DNA of 64,000 nucleotides from an uncultured Hyphomicrobiales bacterium (lineage in GTDB: Bacteria; Bacteroidota; Ignavibacteria; Kapaibacteriales; UBA2268), in contig CAYVVD010000001.1 in assembly GCA_964454975.1 (NCBI GenBank), forward strand, positions 131,658 through 195,657, in the 5' to 3' direction. The notes beneath the pieces were generated by a model, which searched no databases, was not told the origin of the DNA, and was given only the letters and a program-made list of their open reading frames with translations. Made by a program: the position numbers and the translations under genes. Below are positions 9,176 to 19,342 of the stretch, piece after piece (position 1 is the first letter of the stretch; the number at the start of each line of letters is the position of its first letter).

Positions 9176-10143
9176 ACGTTATTATCAATGCATTAAAAAA
9201 CATTAACTTTAAAGAAATCAGCCAAAAGCTTACTTCCAAAACAGTTATTGGCTCGGTCTTGTTTGCTATTTCGCTATGGATTTATACATCGCTGAATGAT
9301 GAATATATAACAAATGTCAGGATTCCCCTTAAAGTAGAACTTCCCGAAAACAGAGCACCGGAACGCCAGCCCCCGGAGAATCTGACTGTTAAAGTACAGG
9401 GAACCGGATGGCAATTGTTTAATTTGTCGGTTTTTAATTCTGCAAAAGAATGCAGGCTAACTCTAGACGAAAGCAAATTCAACCTTGACAGTATTAATGT
9501 AACAAGGATTGAACTTCTCAACTCAATGCTTGGAATGGTAAATGTGGAGCCAAAAGATGTTTACCCTGAGCAAGTATCAATTTACACAGGGTTAATAGGC
9601 GAAAAGTATGTTAAAATCAAACTTATGGTAAATATTGAGACCAAACAGGGATTTAGAAGGGTAGGCGGATTATCCTTCAAACCTGACAGCATTTTGATTC
9701 GTGGGAATAAAAAACTGATTAAGGATATTAATTACTGGCCTACTGAGGAGTTAAGCTTTAAAAACCTTTATGAAAGTTTTGAATATGAAGTAGAATTAAA
9801 GGACTCTCTTGCTGAAATTGTTGAATTATCAGAATCTGTAGTTCTGATTAGTGGCGAAATTCAGCAAGAGGCAGAGATTACGATTCCGGATGTTAATATT
9901 TCTGTCAGGGGGACAAAACCCAGGATCAATTATACAATTAACCCGCAAAGAATTGAAATAACTTTGGTAGGCGGAATAAAACAGATTGAAAATGTGAACC
10001 CGGGAAAAATATCAGCATTTGTAAATTCGTATTCGATAGTAAATGACACAACAGGTATTATTATTCCAAATATAGTATATCCGGACAGCCTTGAATTATT
10101 CAGGATAAAACCATCATATTTATATCTATATAAAGAAGGTTAA
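9172..10143 (+). CDS. membrane-anchored YbbR-like repeat protein (putative)
   Basis: N-terminal TM helix followed by repeated beta-rich modules. The 4-bp overlap with dnaG indicates translational coupling. Confidence 0.35.
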   Translation: MNVIINALKNINFKEISQKLTSKTVIGSVLFAISLWIYTSLNDEYITNVRIPLKVELPENRAPERQPPENLTVKVQGTGWQLFNLSVFNSAKECRLTLDESKFNLDSINVTRIELLNSMLGMVNVEPKDVYPEQVSIYTGLIGEKYVKIKLMVNIETKQGFRRVGGLSFKPDSILIRGNKKLIKDINYWPTEELSFKNLYESFEYEVELKDSLAEIVELSESVVLISGEIQQEAEITIPDVNISVRGTKPRINYTINPQRIEITLVGGIKQIENVNPGKISAFVNSYSIVNDTTGIIIPNIVYPDSLELFRIKPSYLYLYKEG

Positions 10144-10928
10144 AAAGTATTTACGTATTCAATCCTAACTACTCTTATAAAGCCTTCAGAACCCCGGTAA
10201 TGCCGCGATAGATCACGAAAAACAAGCTCAAAAGTGACATTTCGAGTAACTCCCCAGCGAAGGGATGCATTAAATAACCCTTTATTGGCCATTGTAGAAC
10301 TGTTCTCATCAAGGTTTAAATTAGTTTCGAAATTGAGTGCAAGATATGAACCTAATGATTGTTCGAAACCCGCATACAAATTTGGAGACCTGTTAGATGG
10401 TTTCTGCTCAAGAGAGTAACATAAACCACCATGCAGAGCAATTTCTCCAAGGAAATATGAAAAGTTCTTGCTTACGGCTAAAAAAATACCGGGTGATAGC
10501 GTCAGAAATCTTGATTCACTCTCTATAAAGGGCCCAAAACCTTGTGTTAGAACACCTATACAGATAGCAGGCATCTCTGTCTTTTCATCTACGATCCTGT
10601 ATTTCAGGTAAGCCCCAGGAAGTTCCTGGAATACAACCTCGCCGGAACCAATTATATTAGTACCACCAAAACTAAGCCCCATATTAAAGTTTTCGAAGGG
10701 CGCTACGATTAATTCGCCGACAAGTCCGCCTGACTGGAACAGTGTGATAAACCCGGAATAGTGCGATTTTGGGATAACACCTGCAGTAGGCATATCTACA
10801 ATATAGCGTGTTTCAAAAACTGCTTTTTCACCTGCTGCCCCGTCACCAAATAAAGAAATTACAGAAATGAAGATAATAATTGGAATCAGTCTCATAGCTT
10901 TACCGAATTTATTATGCTGCAAGCACAA
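10140..10928 (-). CDS. putative outer-membrane beta-barrel protein
   Basis: Signal peptide, alternating amphipathic beta pattern, C-terminal aromatic residue (…VNTF). Confidence 0.35.
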   Translation of the reverse strand: MCLQHNKFGKAMRLIPIIIFISVISLFGDGAAGEKAVFETRYIVDMPTAGVIPKSHYSGFITLFQSGGLVGELIVAPFENFNMGLSFGGTNIIGSGEVVFQELPGAYLKYRIVDEKTEMPAICIGVLTQGFGPFIESESRFLTLSPGIFLAVSKNFSYFLGEIALHGGLCYSLEQKPSNRSPNLYAGFEQSLGSYLALNFETNLNLDENSSTMANKGLFNASLRWGVTRNVTFELVFRDLSRHYRGSEGFIRVVRIEYVNTF

Positions 10929-10954
10929 AATAACACTTTTTTAATAATCCACGA

Positions 10955-11464
10955 TTGCTTTCGTTTTTAGAAATTATGAAAAGACACGATGCATTAATAC
11001 CCCTTTCTCATGAGCACCGAGACGTACTCATGATTGCCCACCCAATGAAAATAAATGGCCCCCGGTACAAGGGCATTCCGGAAGATAATATCCAAAAAGC
11101 TGAATTTTACCTTAGGTTTTACGATGAAATCCTTTCAGGCCACGCACGTGACGAAGAACACTTGGTATTTCAAAAAGTCATGGGAATAATCCCACAAATT
11201 GATAAATGTGTAAAAGAATTGACTAACGAGCATAGGCAGATTGACAAATTGACAGAAGACCTAAGGGCAATTCCGGGCGATAAAATTATAATGGACAGAC
11301 TTGGCAGGCTTCTTGAATTACATGTAAGAAAAGAGGAGAGAGAATTATTTCCGTTAATTCAGGAGGCAGCAGACAAAACCTTACTTTCCTATATTGGAGA
11401 GAGAATTTCAAGCAATAAAGCTCACAGGCAAAATTCATGCACATTAAACAGATCTAAGGAATAA
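10955..11464 (+). CDS. hemerythrin HHE cation-binding domain protein
   Basis: H..H / H...E / HxxxEExxLFP patterns (LSHEHRDVL; HARDEEHLVF; ELHVRKEERELFPLI). Confidence 0.45.
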   Translation: MLSFLEIMKRHDALIPLSHEHRDVLMIAHPMKINGPRYKGIPEDNIQKAEFYLRFYDEILSGHARDEEHLVFQKVMGIIPQIDKCVKELTNEHRQIDKLTEDLRAIPGDKIIMDRLGRLLELHVRKEERELFPLIQEAADKTLLSYIGERISSNKAHRQNSCTLNRSKE

Positions 11465-11466
11465 TT

Positions 11467-11844
11467 TTGAAAAAGGACTCACAAACAATAAGTAATGGGA
11501 TCAGAATAAAGGTGGAGCCGCTCTATATCCCACCGGACCTGCACAACCAGGACAAGAATTTATTCTCTTATAAAGTAACAATCACAAATGAAGGCGATGA
11601 ATATGCTAAGCTCATATCAAGGCATTGGGTAATAATTGATGCAGATGGAAACAAGGATGAGGTAAAAGGCCCGGGTGTAGTTGGCCAAACTCCCGGTTTA
11701 AACCCGGGTGATTCTTTTACTTACACAAGCTATTGTCCTATTGACACTGACTGGGGGACAATGGAAGGCAGCTATAAAATGGAAAGAAGCGATGGAAGTC
11801 GGTTTGATGCAATAATAGCAAGATTCTACCTCATTAAAGAATAG
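11467..11844 (+). CDS. apaG: ApaG (DUF525) protein
   Basis: Characteristic ApaG sequence (GIRIKVEP.Y.P..S......F.Y.VTI.NEG...A.L.SRHW.I.DA.G...EV.G.GVVG.). Confidence 0.75.
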   Translation: MKKDSQTISNGIRIKVEPLYIPPDLHNQDKNLFSYKVTITNEGDEYAKLISRHWVIIDADGNKDEVKGPGVVGQTPGLNPGDSFTYTSYCPIDTDWGTMEGSYKMERSDGSRFDAIIARFYLIKE

Positions 11845-11886
11845 AAGGAAACAATTATTATCTTCCAAATTCTTGACTCGGGATAA

Positions 11887-12510
11887 TCATTTCCATTCTT
11901 TGTCAACAATTGTTAGTTTGCCCGGATAAGATATGGGACCAAATTTTGTTTCTACTGTAGGTTTCCCGAGTAGTTTCAGCCTTGCAGGAGTACCTTCAAC
12001 ACCGCCCAGTGCAAGCGCCAGGTTTATAACCCTTTCATATCCTTTATCACCAAAAAATTCGAACAGGTCAAGTTGCATAGTCAGCGGAAGGATTGCAACA
12101 TTCCCGTCGCCTGGTATTTTTACAGGATTTGAAATGTTGCCGGAAATTGTCCGAACATCATCTATAAGCAAATCCCATTCAAAACTTGTTATTGTTGCTT
12201 CAAGGCCGAGCGCACCACGTTCGCCCTCATTTGGGTTAATTACAGCTACATTGAGAACGAACGATGCAGGAAATTTATTCGAATTGAATGCATTTGCCAG
12301 TTTAAGACCGTCCCCGATAGAAATATCATTTACAGATTTTTTATGTTTTAATTCAATACCTGCAAGGTTAAAGTTCTTTACATTATCAAGTTTGAATTGC
12401 AGTTTCTTCAAATCTGCAAGTGACTTCTGAATTTTTTGCAATTGCTTACAGGATGTAAACAAGGATGCAAGCAATAATGCTACTATAACAATATGAATTG
12501 CTTTTTTCAT
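11887..12510 (-). CDS. lipoprotein, function unknown
   Basis: Signal peptide with a lipobox-like LFTSC. Confidence 0.4.
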   Translation of the reverse strand: MKKAIHIVIVALLLASLFTSCKQLQKIQKSLADLKKLQFKLDNVKNFNLAGIELKHKKSVNDISIGDGLKLANAFNSNKFPASFVLNVAVINPNEGERGALGLEATITSFEWDLLIDDVRTISGNISNPVKIPGDGNVAILPLTMQLDLFEFFGDKGYERVINLALALGGVEGTPARLKLLGKPTVETKFGPISYPGKLTIVDKEWK

Positions 12511-12566
12511 TGAGTTGCCTGAAAAATGGAAAAATCATACAGTTGATTTTTAATGGAAGCTCTTAG

Positions 12567-13049
12567 CTAAGATAAGCCGTCTTCCTGCAGAACTTTAGAA
12601 ATCTGTTCAGGGGTGATTTCGTTCTTCGAAAGCTTGTCAATCAGCCCTTCATATACTCTCGTCTTTTTGCTTTGGATATTGAGATTCGAAAGTAATTTCA
12701 CCTTTGCTATCAGCAGTTTTTCTTCGATAGGTTTGCTAAGAAAATCATCTGCTCCGGCCTCAATTGACTTTAGTTGGTTAGCAACGTCATTCAGCGCAGT
12801 TACTATGACAACAGGGATGTGATTTGTAGTTTCATTCTCTTTCAGCCTTTTGACTGTTTCGTAGCCATCCATCCTCGGCATCATAACATCAAGCACTATT
12901 GCATCAGGATGACGCACTTCCACCTTCTCAAGGCAATCAACACCATCATAGGCTTCAATAGCCTCGTATTGATTAGCTTCGAGGTATCTTCTTAATAATT
13001 TTGTTGTGATTTTATTATCGTCAACAACAAGTATGAAAGGTTTTGTCAT
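12567..13049 (-). CDS. stand-alone response-regulator receiver protein with a short C-terminal helical extension
   Basis: REC motifs (ILVVDDN; DAIVLDVMMPRMDG; VVIVTA; K in SKP). Confidence 0.8.
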   Translation of the reverse strand: MTKPFILVVDDNKITTKLLRRYLEANQYEAIEAYDGVDCLEKVEVRHPDAIVLDVMMPRMDGYETVKRLKENETTNHIPVVIVTALNDVANQLKSIEAGADDFLSKPIEEKLLIAKVKLLSNLNIQSKKTRVYEGLIDKLSKNEITPEQISKVLQEDGLS

Positions 13050-13334
13050 CTCTTCCCCGTTATTAAAGCAATTAAGCCCCGATTCAGATTCTAATTAGGC
13101 AATTTAAAAAAAATGCAGGTATTTTCAAATCTAATGGAAGTATGGTTGCTATAATTTTTCTCTTGTTTATTAATATCCTATTTCCTATATTTATTTTGAT
13201 TTGCAACGACAAAATATGACTTCTTAATTACCTCTTTTTAAATAATCGAAGCGATTCCATCGGCTAAAATCTACCGTTTGACATATTTATTGGCTTAGTT
13301 GGCTTGGAAATTGATATTTTTGCATATTCTTTAA

Positions 13335-14873
13335 TTGAGGAGGCGCATAAGATCATTATTGGTACTTAATTTTTGTAGTACCTTAAGAGTAGGTTTAATG
13401 GAAACGCTAACGCTCAATCAACTTAGCTCTCTAATCCGTGATCAAAATAAAAACGGTAAGAGCAGGACAGCATACCTCCAAAACAAACTTTTGTCGAGCC
13501 TGATACTTTTGTTGGCTGATTTAATAATGATTTTCCTTTCTTTTACCCTTGCCGGAATTATCAGGGACTCTTTTTCAGGTAGCGAAATCTCTTTTCATTA
13601 TCCCTGGTTTATGGCTATTGCAATAGCACTGGTTCCTATGATGTATTTATCAAGCGGGCTCTATCCCGGCTTTGGTGTCAATATTGTAAATGAACTTAGA
13701 ATGATAACATTCAGCACAAGTCTTGTTTTCTCAATAATCCTGTTTGCAGGATTTATGGCAAATGAATTCATGGACTACTCGCGACTGATTTTCATGGTGT
13801 CCTGGGTTTTCACAATAGTCTCAGTTCCGGTTGGCCGCTCATTTATGCGTAAAATATTTGGCAACAGGGATTGGTGGGGAATGCCTGTGATGATAATCGG
13901 GGCGGGGGAAGCAGGCAATAAGGTTCTTGAAGCTTTGCATTTAAACAAATCTACCGGATTAAAACCGGTTGTCGCACTTGACGACAATTCTGACAACTGG
14001 GGATACATGGATGGGGTTCCGGTAGTTGGGGGGCTGGAAATTCTCCCAATTATGACTGATAAGTTGAATATTAAACACGGCATTATTGCTTTGCCCGATG
14101 AAAGCATTGAAAGACAGAGAGAAATAATAAGCAGGTACTCACCATACTTTTCAGATATTACTATTATTCCGAATATTTACAAACTTTCGAGTTTGTGGCT
14201 TTCTGCTAAAGATTTAGGAGGGATGCTGGGATTTGAATTCAAAAAGAACCTGACACTTAAGTCTCTGAATTTTACTAAAAGAGTATTTGACCTTGTTTCC
14301 GCATCTATTTTATTTACTTTAACTCTCCCTTTAGCTTTGTTAATTGCAATCGTAATCAAGCTTGATTCAAGGGGTAGTATTTTTTATAAGCATGTCAGGT
14401 ACGGACAGAATGGGAAAAAATTCAGCCTGATCAAGTTCCGCTCTATGTACGAAGATGCAGACGAGCGCCTGAATGAACTCCTGAACAGAGATGAAGAGAT
14501 GAAAGAAGAGTTTATTAAGTACCATAAACTCAGAAAAGATCCCAGACTGACACGAATTGGCAAATACCTTCGAAAATTCAGCCTTGACGAAATCCCACAG
14601 TTCTGGAATGTTATTAAAGGGGAGATGAGTCTTATTGGGCCGAGGCCTATTGTAAAATGGGAAAGAGAACAGGATCAGGAATATGTTGAGCTTATTGATC
14701 GTGTAAAACCGGGTATTAGCGGTTTGTGGCAGGTAACAGACAGGGGCGAATGTGATTTCGAGCGAAGGAAAAGTATCGATTTTTACTATATAAGCAATTG
14801 GAACATATTTCTTGATCTCTACATATTCGCCAGGACAATTGGAGTAATCCTGACAGGTAAAGGCGGATACTAG
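13335..14873 (+). CDS. undecaprenyl-phosphate sugar phosphotransferase (WbaP/exopolysaccharide polyprenyl glycosylphosphotransferase family)
   Basis: N-terminal TM segments, a Rossmann-like central region, and the C-terminal bacterial sugar transferase domain (KRVFDL..S...L......IKLDS.G.IFY.Q.R.G.NG..F...KFRSM). Confidence 0.8.
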   Translation: MRRRIRSLLVLNFCSTLRVGLMETLTLNQLSSLIRDQNKNGKSRTAYLQNKLLSSLILLLADLIMIFLSFTLAGIIRDSFSGSEISFHYPWFMAIAIALVPMMYLSSGLYPGFGVNIVNELRMITFSTSLVFSIILFAGFMANEFMDYSRLIFMVSWVFTIVSVPVGRSFMRKIFGNRDWWGMPVMIIGAGEAGNKVLEALHLNKSTGLKPVVALDDNSDNWGYMDGVPVVGGLEILPIMTDKLNIKHGIIALPDESIERQREIISRYSPYFSDITIIPNIYKLSSLWLSAKDLGGMLGFEFKKNLTLKSLNFTKRVFDLVSASILFTLTLPLALLIAIVIKLDSRGSIFYKHVRYGQNGKKFSLIKFRSMYEDADERLNELLNRDEEMKEEFIKYHKLRKDPRLTRIGKYLRKFSLDEIPQFWNVIKGEMSLIGPRPIVKWEREQDQEYVELIDRVKPGISGLWQVTDRGECDFERRKSIDFYYISNWNIFLDLYIFARTIGVILTGKGGY

Positions 14874-14998
14874 AAAAGAATTTTTCTGCCATACATTTTT
14901 GAGTTTTCTTGCTAAAATGTCATATTATTGGATGTGGTTCGGTGCGCAGTCAACCTAATATTATAAAGACTTAGTTAATAAATGATGGTAAGGCAGAA

Positions 14999-15853
14999 AT
15001 GACATCAGCATTCAAGGGTTATGCTCTTTTATCCGGACTTATCCTTCTTAGCTTACTTACAACATTAAATTTATATTCCGGAGAAAACCTCCTGTTCAGG
15101 CCATTATCAGCGCACATCTTCGAGCCGAGGGCAGGCACATCTTACCAATTCGACAATAATAAGCTCCGCCTCGATATAGGAGCTTCTTTTGATTTATTAA
15201 GATCAAGCGTCACTGAAAAGGATAGTCTGAGTTTCGGAGCTGATTTTTTTACTTATTCGCTGCTCAGAAGTGAAGGCAAGTTGAAATTTCCGGTTGAAAC
15301 TGCCGATTATTTCTTTGGAATAAATGCCGGCTATATATATAAACTAAAGAATTTAGAATTACAAACACGTCTTAGAGTTTCACACATTTCCTCTCACCTT
15401 GTTGATGGTTACTCTGATAATGGTGTATTCAGGCAAGAACCCTATATATATTCACGGGAATTTATTGATTTAACTCAGGCTTTTCAAATTGATTATCTGA
15501 GGTTATACGCCGGTGCTGAAATTGTATTTTCTTCAATTCCCCGTGATGTAACTAACTTAATTCCTCATGTCGGGATTGAGTACAGCTACCCATTAACAGG
15601 AAATATTGAACTGGATTGTGGTTACGATTTTAAACAAAATGGATATGTAGAGAAACATTTCATACTAAACGAAATGACTAAAATCAAATATAAACCCATG
15701 CATTCATTTGAAGCAGGATTTATTTTAAGATTTTTCCGTCAATTTGGTCTCAAGATTTATTATCTTTATTATTCAGGGCAGAATTACCATGGAATGTTTA
15801 TTTTCAATGATAATGAATATTCCGCTGTCGGCTTTAGGATAATTTATTATTGA
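14999..15853 (+). CDS. putative outer-membrane beta-barrel protein
   Basis: Signal peptide, beta-strand-rich, C-terminal …IIYY. Confidence 0.3.
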   Translation: MTSAFKGYALLSGLILLSLLTTLNLYSGENLLFRPLSAHIFEPRAGTSYQFDNNKLRLDIGASFDLLRSSVTEKDSLSFGADFFTYSLLRSEGKLKFPVETADYFFGINAGYIYKLKNLELQTRLRVSHISSHLVDGYSDNGVFRQEPYIYSREFIDLTQAFQIDYLRLYAGAEIVFSSIPRDVTNLIPHVGIEYSYPLTGNIELDCGYDFKQNGYVEKHFILNEMTKIKYKPMHSFEAGFILRFFRQFGLKIYYLYYSGQNYHGMFIFNDNEYSAVGFRIIYY

Positions 15854-15866
15854 TTCGAGGTACAAA

Positions 15867-16313
15867 ATGGCAATAAGCGTAAACAAAGTGATACTACTTG
15901 GTAACTTGGGACAGGATCCTGATGTTCGTGCCACTCCAAGCGGAAAGCAGGTAAGCACAATAAGAATGGCAACTTCAAGAAAGTATAAAGATCAAAGTGG
16001 AGAATGGCAGGAAAATACGGAATGGCATTCTGTCGTTCTTTGGGGATGGCTGGCAGACAATGCTGCCCAGTACCTGAAAAAGGGAAGCAAGGTGTATATA
16101 GAAGGACGCTTGCAGACAAGAAATTACGAAGGCAAGGATGGCGTTACACGTTATGTTACCGAAGTTGTTGCGGACAATATGGTAATGCTGGACGGCCGAA
16201 AAAGCGATAGCGATGGGTCCTACAACCAGGGCAGCAACCGTGGCGGAAAAGTGTCTGATAATTATAGCCAGGCAAGTCCGCAGGATGATTTCGACGAAGA
16301 GGTACCTTTCTAA
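15867..16313 (+). CDS. ssb: single-stranded DNA-binding protein
   Basis: OB-fold SSB N-terminus, Gly/Asn/Ser-rich linker and acidic tail DDFDEEVPF. Confidence 0.9.
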   Translation: MAISVNKVILLGNLGQDPDVRATPSGKQVSTIRMATSRKYKDQSGEWQENTEWHSVVLWGWLADNAAQYLKKGSKVYIEGRLQTRNYEGKDGVTRYVTEVVADNMVMLDGRKSDSDGSYNQGSNRGGKVSDNYSQASPQDDFDEEVPF

Positions 16314-16315
16314 AA

Positions 16316-17023
16316 ATGAAGTATCTCTTTCTTTTTGATATAGACGGTACTCTCCTCAAATTCAGGGATAAACGTTCACGGAGGATATTTTCTTCTGTGA
16401 TAGAAGATATCTATGGTGTTGAATGTCGGTCTGAATTAATGCCTGATTTCTCGGGCATGACTGACCTGAAAATATTGCGTGACATCGCCCGTGCCCACGA
16501 ACTACCATTGGAGCCTATTAATTCTGTTATCAATGATGTTTGGGAAAAACTCCTCATCCAGTTCCGTGAAATAACAAATACCCGCGATTTGATGCTCCTG
16601 CCCGGCGTTGATGTTTTGCTTGAATCAATTGACGTGAATTCAGATATAACTAAGGGTTTATTGACAGGGAATTTTAAGCAAAATGCCTACCTGAAACTTG
16701 GCACTTATAAACTCGAAAAATACTTTACTTTCGGTGCTTTCGGCAGCGACAAAGAAAACAGGAATGACCTCCCTGAATTGGCGTTTAGGCGTGCAGAAGT
16801 AGAAACCGGAGCCAGGTTCACACCTGATAATACTATTATTATTGGCGATTCCCCACGCGATATTGAATGTGGAAGGGTGAACAACATTAAAGTGCTTAGT
16901 GTTGCCACAGGCAATTTTACAATTGATAAACTTCAGGTTCATAATCCGGATTTAATTATCGAAGACATGTCGGACTATAATTCTGTCCGCGAATCTTTCA
17001 GAAACCTCGGTGTTGATTTTTAA
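16316..17023 (+). CDS. HAD-superfamily hydrolase
   Basis: Motif I FLFDIDGTLL, and the C-terminal GDSPRDIECG motif. Confidence 0.6.
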   Translation: MKYLFLFDIDGTLLKFRDKRSRRIFSSVIEDIYGVECRSELMPDFSGMTDLKILRDIARAHELPLEPINSVINDVWEKLLIQFREITNTRDLMLLPGVDVLLESIDVNSDITKGLLTGNFKQNAYLKLGTYKLEKYFTFGAFGSDKENRNDLPELAFRRAEVETGARFTPDNTIIIGDSPRDIECGRVNNIKVLSVATGNFTIDKLQVHNPDLIIEDMSDYNSVRESFRNLGVDF

Positions 17024-17037
17024 TATAATAAAAGTAT

Positions 17038-17712
17038 ATGAATAACATAATAATTGCAATAGACGGGCCGGCCGGGTCAGGAAAATCCACAACAGCAAAG
17101 AGTGTTGCCCAAAAGTTGGGTTATATTTACATTGATACCGGAGCTATGTACCGTGCCGTAACATTAGCATGGATAAGTTCCGGTAGGGAAATGGCTGAAG
17201 ATGTTGTTTGTAATTTGATGAAAGACATTGAAATTGACATAGTTCACACTAATGAGGGACAGCTTACATTGTTGAATGGAAAAGATGTAAGTAAGGAAAT
17301 CCGCCTTCCTGAAGTTACTGCGAGGGTTAGTGAAATTAGCGCGATGGGGTGTGTTCGAGAACTACTGGTTGAACAGCAGCGTAAAATCGCAAAGGACGGT
17401 GGCGCTATTCTTGATGGAAGAGACATTGGAACTGTCGTATTTCCAAATGCTGAATTGAAGATTTTTCTGATTGCTTCGGCTGAAACTCGTGCAATCCGAA
17501 GAGCTCTCGAACTCAAAGAAAAAGGAAATGAAATACCTGTTGATGAAATAAAAAAACAGATAATTCAAAGGGATAATCACGACTCCTCCCGTTCCAATAG
17601 TCCTCTTCGCAAAGCAGAAGATGCTATTGAAATTGACACTTCGCATTTAACTATTGAAGAACAGGTTGATAAAGTAGTAAGCCTTACAAAAAAAGTAATC
17701 GGAGCAAATTAA
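17038..17712 (+). CDS. cmk: cytidylate kinase
   Basis: IAIDGPAGSGKST P-loop and YIDTGAMYR motif. Confidence 0.9.
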   Translation: MNNIIIAIDGPAGSGKSTTAKSVAQKLGYIYIDTGAMYRAVTLAWISSGREMAEDVVCNLMKDIEIDIVHTNEGQLTLLNGKDVSKEIRLPEVTARVSEISAMGCVRELLVEQQRKIAKDGGAILDGRDIGTVVFPNAELKIFLIASAETRAIRRALELKEKGNEIPVDEIKKQIIQRDNHDSSRSNSPLRKAEDAIEIDTSHLTIEEQVDKVVSLTKKVIGAN

Positions 17713-17785
17713 ACATTTAATTCATCCGTCACCTAAATAAGCCTGTTTTAATCCTATTTTAGAACAGTTTAAAAAGGAAGATTCA

Positions 17786-18685
17786 ATGCAAATAAATATA
17801 GAGAAAACCTCAGGCTTTTGCTGGGGTGTGGTAAGGACTGTTGAAATTGCCGAAGAAACTCTTGCTGAAAATACCGGCAGCAAAGTGTATGTTCTGGGGC
17901 ATATCATTCACAACCCACGTGAAATCGAGCGGCTTGAACGAGCCGGGCTCAGGACTGTTACTCACGAAGGAATTAAAGACCTGGCCGGGCAAAATGCCAA
18001 GGTTATCATTCGCGCTCATGGTGAACCACCTTCTACTTATGAAATGGCAAAAGAGCTTGGTATCGAAATAATTGATGCCACATGTCCGCTGGTTACAGGC
18101 CTTCAGAAAAAAGTTAAAAATTTTCATAAGAAAGGATACCAGGTGGTAATTTACGGGAAACCGCAGCATCCGGAGATTATTGGACTGAGGGGAGTAATTG
18201 ATGATGACTGCATAGTCATCCAGACTGTTGAAGAAGCTATTACTAAAATAGATTTCAACCGTAAAACAGTACTTCTCTCCCAAACAACAAAGGATAAAAA
18301 AACTTTCTACGATATAAAGGAAGCTATTGAAAGCCGTGTAAGCCTGTTGATAGAGGGCGGAGAGATTAAGGAAAAGTTTGAATCGCGTGATACACTTTGC
18401 AAAGAAGTATGGGGTAGGGAAGATGAACTAATAAACTTTGCAAAAAGTAATCAGATAATAGTCTTCGTTGCCGGAAGGAAATCTTCTAATGGATTGAGCC
18501 TCTACAACTTGTGCAAGCGTTACAATGAACGGACATATTTCATCGAAGACCTGAGTGAAATAGAAAATGATTGGTTCGCAAATGTAGAATCTGTAGGGAT
18601 ATCAGGTGCAACAAGCACACCACGCTGGTATCTTGAAAAAGTCAGAGATGAAATAGACAAGAGGACAGCCCTGGTTGAAGCTTAA
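17786..18685 (+). CDS. ispH: 4-hydroxy-3-methylbut-2-enyl diphosphate reductase
   Basis: IspH/LytB full-length similarity. The three conserved Cys are present (GFCWGV; ATCPLV; TLCKEV). Confidence 0.9.
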   Translation: MQINIEKTSGFCWGVVRTVEIAEETLAENTGSKVYVLGHIIHNPREIERLERAGLRTVTHEGIKDLAGQNAKVIIRAHGEPPSTYEMAKELGIEIIDATCPLVTGLQKKVKNFHKKGYQVVIYGKPQHPEIIGLRGVIDDDCIVIQTVEEAITKIDFNRKTVLLSQTTKDKKTFYDIKEAIESRVSLLIEGGEIKEKFESRDTLCKEVWGREDELINFAKSNQIIVFVAGRKSSNGLSLYNLCKRYNERTYFIEDLSEIENDWFANVESVGISGATSTPRWYLEKVRDEIDKRTALVEA

Positions 18686-18760
18686 ATTTGAATCTATTAT
18701 CAATTTTGAAAAAAACTAAGCTTTTGTCTTATAAAAAACAGGTTCACAAATTCCTAACAT

Positions 18761-19297
18761 CTATACTATTCTGTCCGGATTATCCTTAATGAACTCTTTC
18801 CAGCTTGATTTTTTTCCTTTCTGAGACAAACGTGATGAAAATTTGTGGCAAAGAGCAATAGCAATTGCATCGCTGAGGTCACTCTCCTTTTCCGTAAAGT
18901 CGAGACTGAGCAGGTTTTTCACCATGTATCGTACCTGCTCCTTTGAGGCATTCCCATTTCCGGTAACTGCTTTTTTTATTTCGCGAGGGGAATATTCAAA
19001 AACAGGAATATTATTGATTACTGCGGGTAAAATTGCGGCTGCCCTTGCGTGAGATAATTTTGCCAGCGATTGGGCATTTTTTGAATAAAAAACTGATTCT
19101 ATCGATAATGCTTCAGGTTGATATATTTTGATTATTTCCTCGATTTCCCTGAAAACAAGCCCCAGCCTTTGAGTAAATTCTTTTTCAGAAGCAGCTCTTA
19201 TTACACCGTAAGTTACGGGAAGTAGCTTTCCTGAATCGCCTTTTACTATCCCATAGCCGCAAAACCTTGAGCCGGGGTCTATTCCTAAAACTCTCAT
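18761..19297 (-). CDS. ruvC: crossover junction endodeoxyribonuclease RuvC
   Basis: MRVLGIDPGSR..GYG motif and RNase H-like fold. Confidence 0.9.
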   Translation of the reverse strand: MRVLGIDPGSRFCGYGIVKGDSGKLLPVTYGVIRAASEKEFTQRLGLVFREIEEIIKIYQPEALSIESVFYSKNAQSLAKLSHARAAAILPAVINNIPVFEYSPREIKKAVTGNGNASKEQVRYMVKNLLSLDFTEKESDLSDAIAIALCHKFSSRLSQKGKKSSWKEFIKDNPDRIV

Positions 19298-19342
19298 TTA
19301 AGGTAGAGAGAAATATGTATTGGAATTGGATTATCTGGTAAA

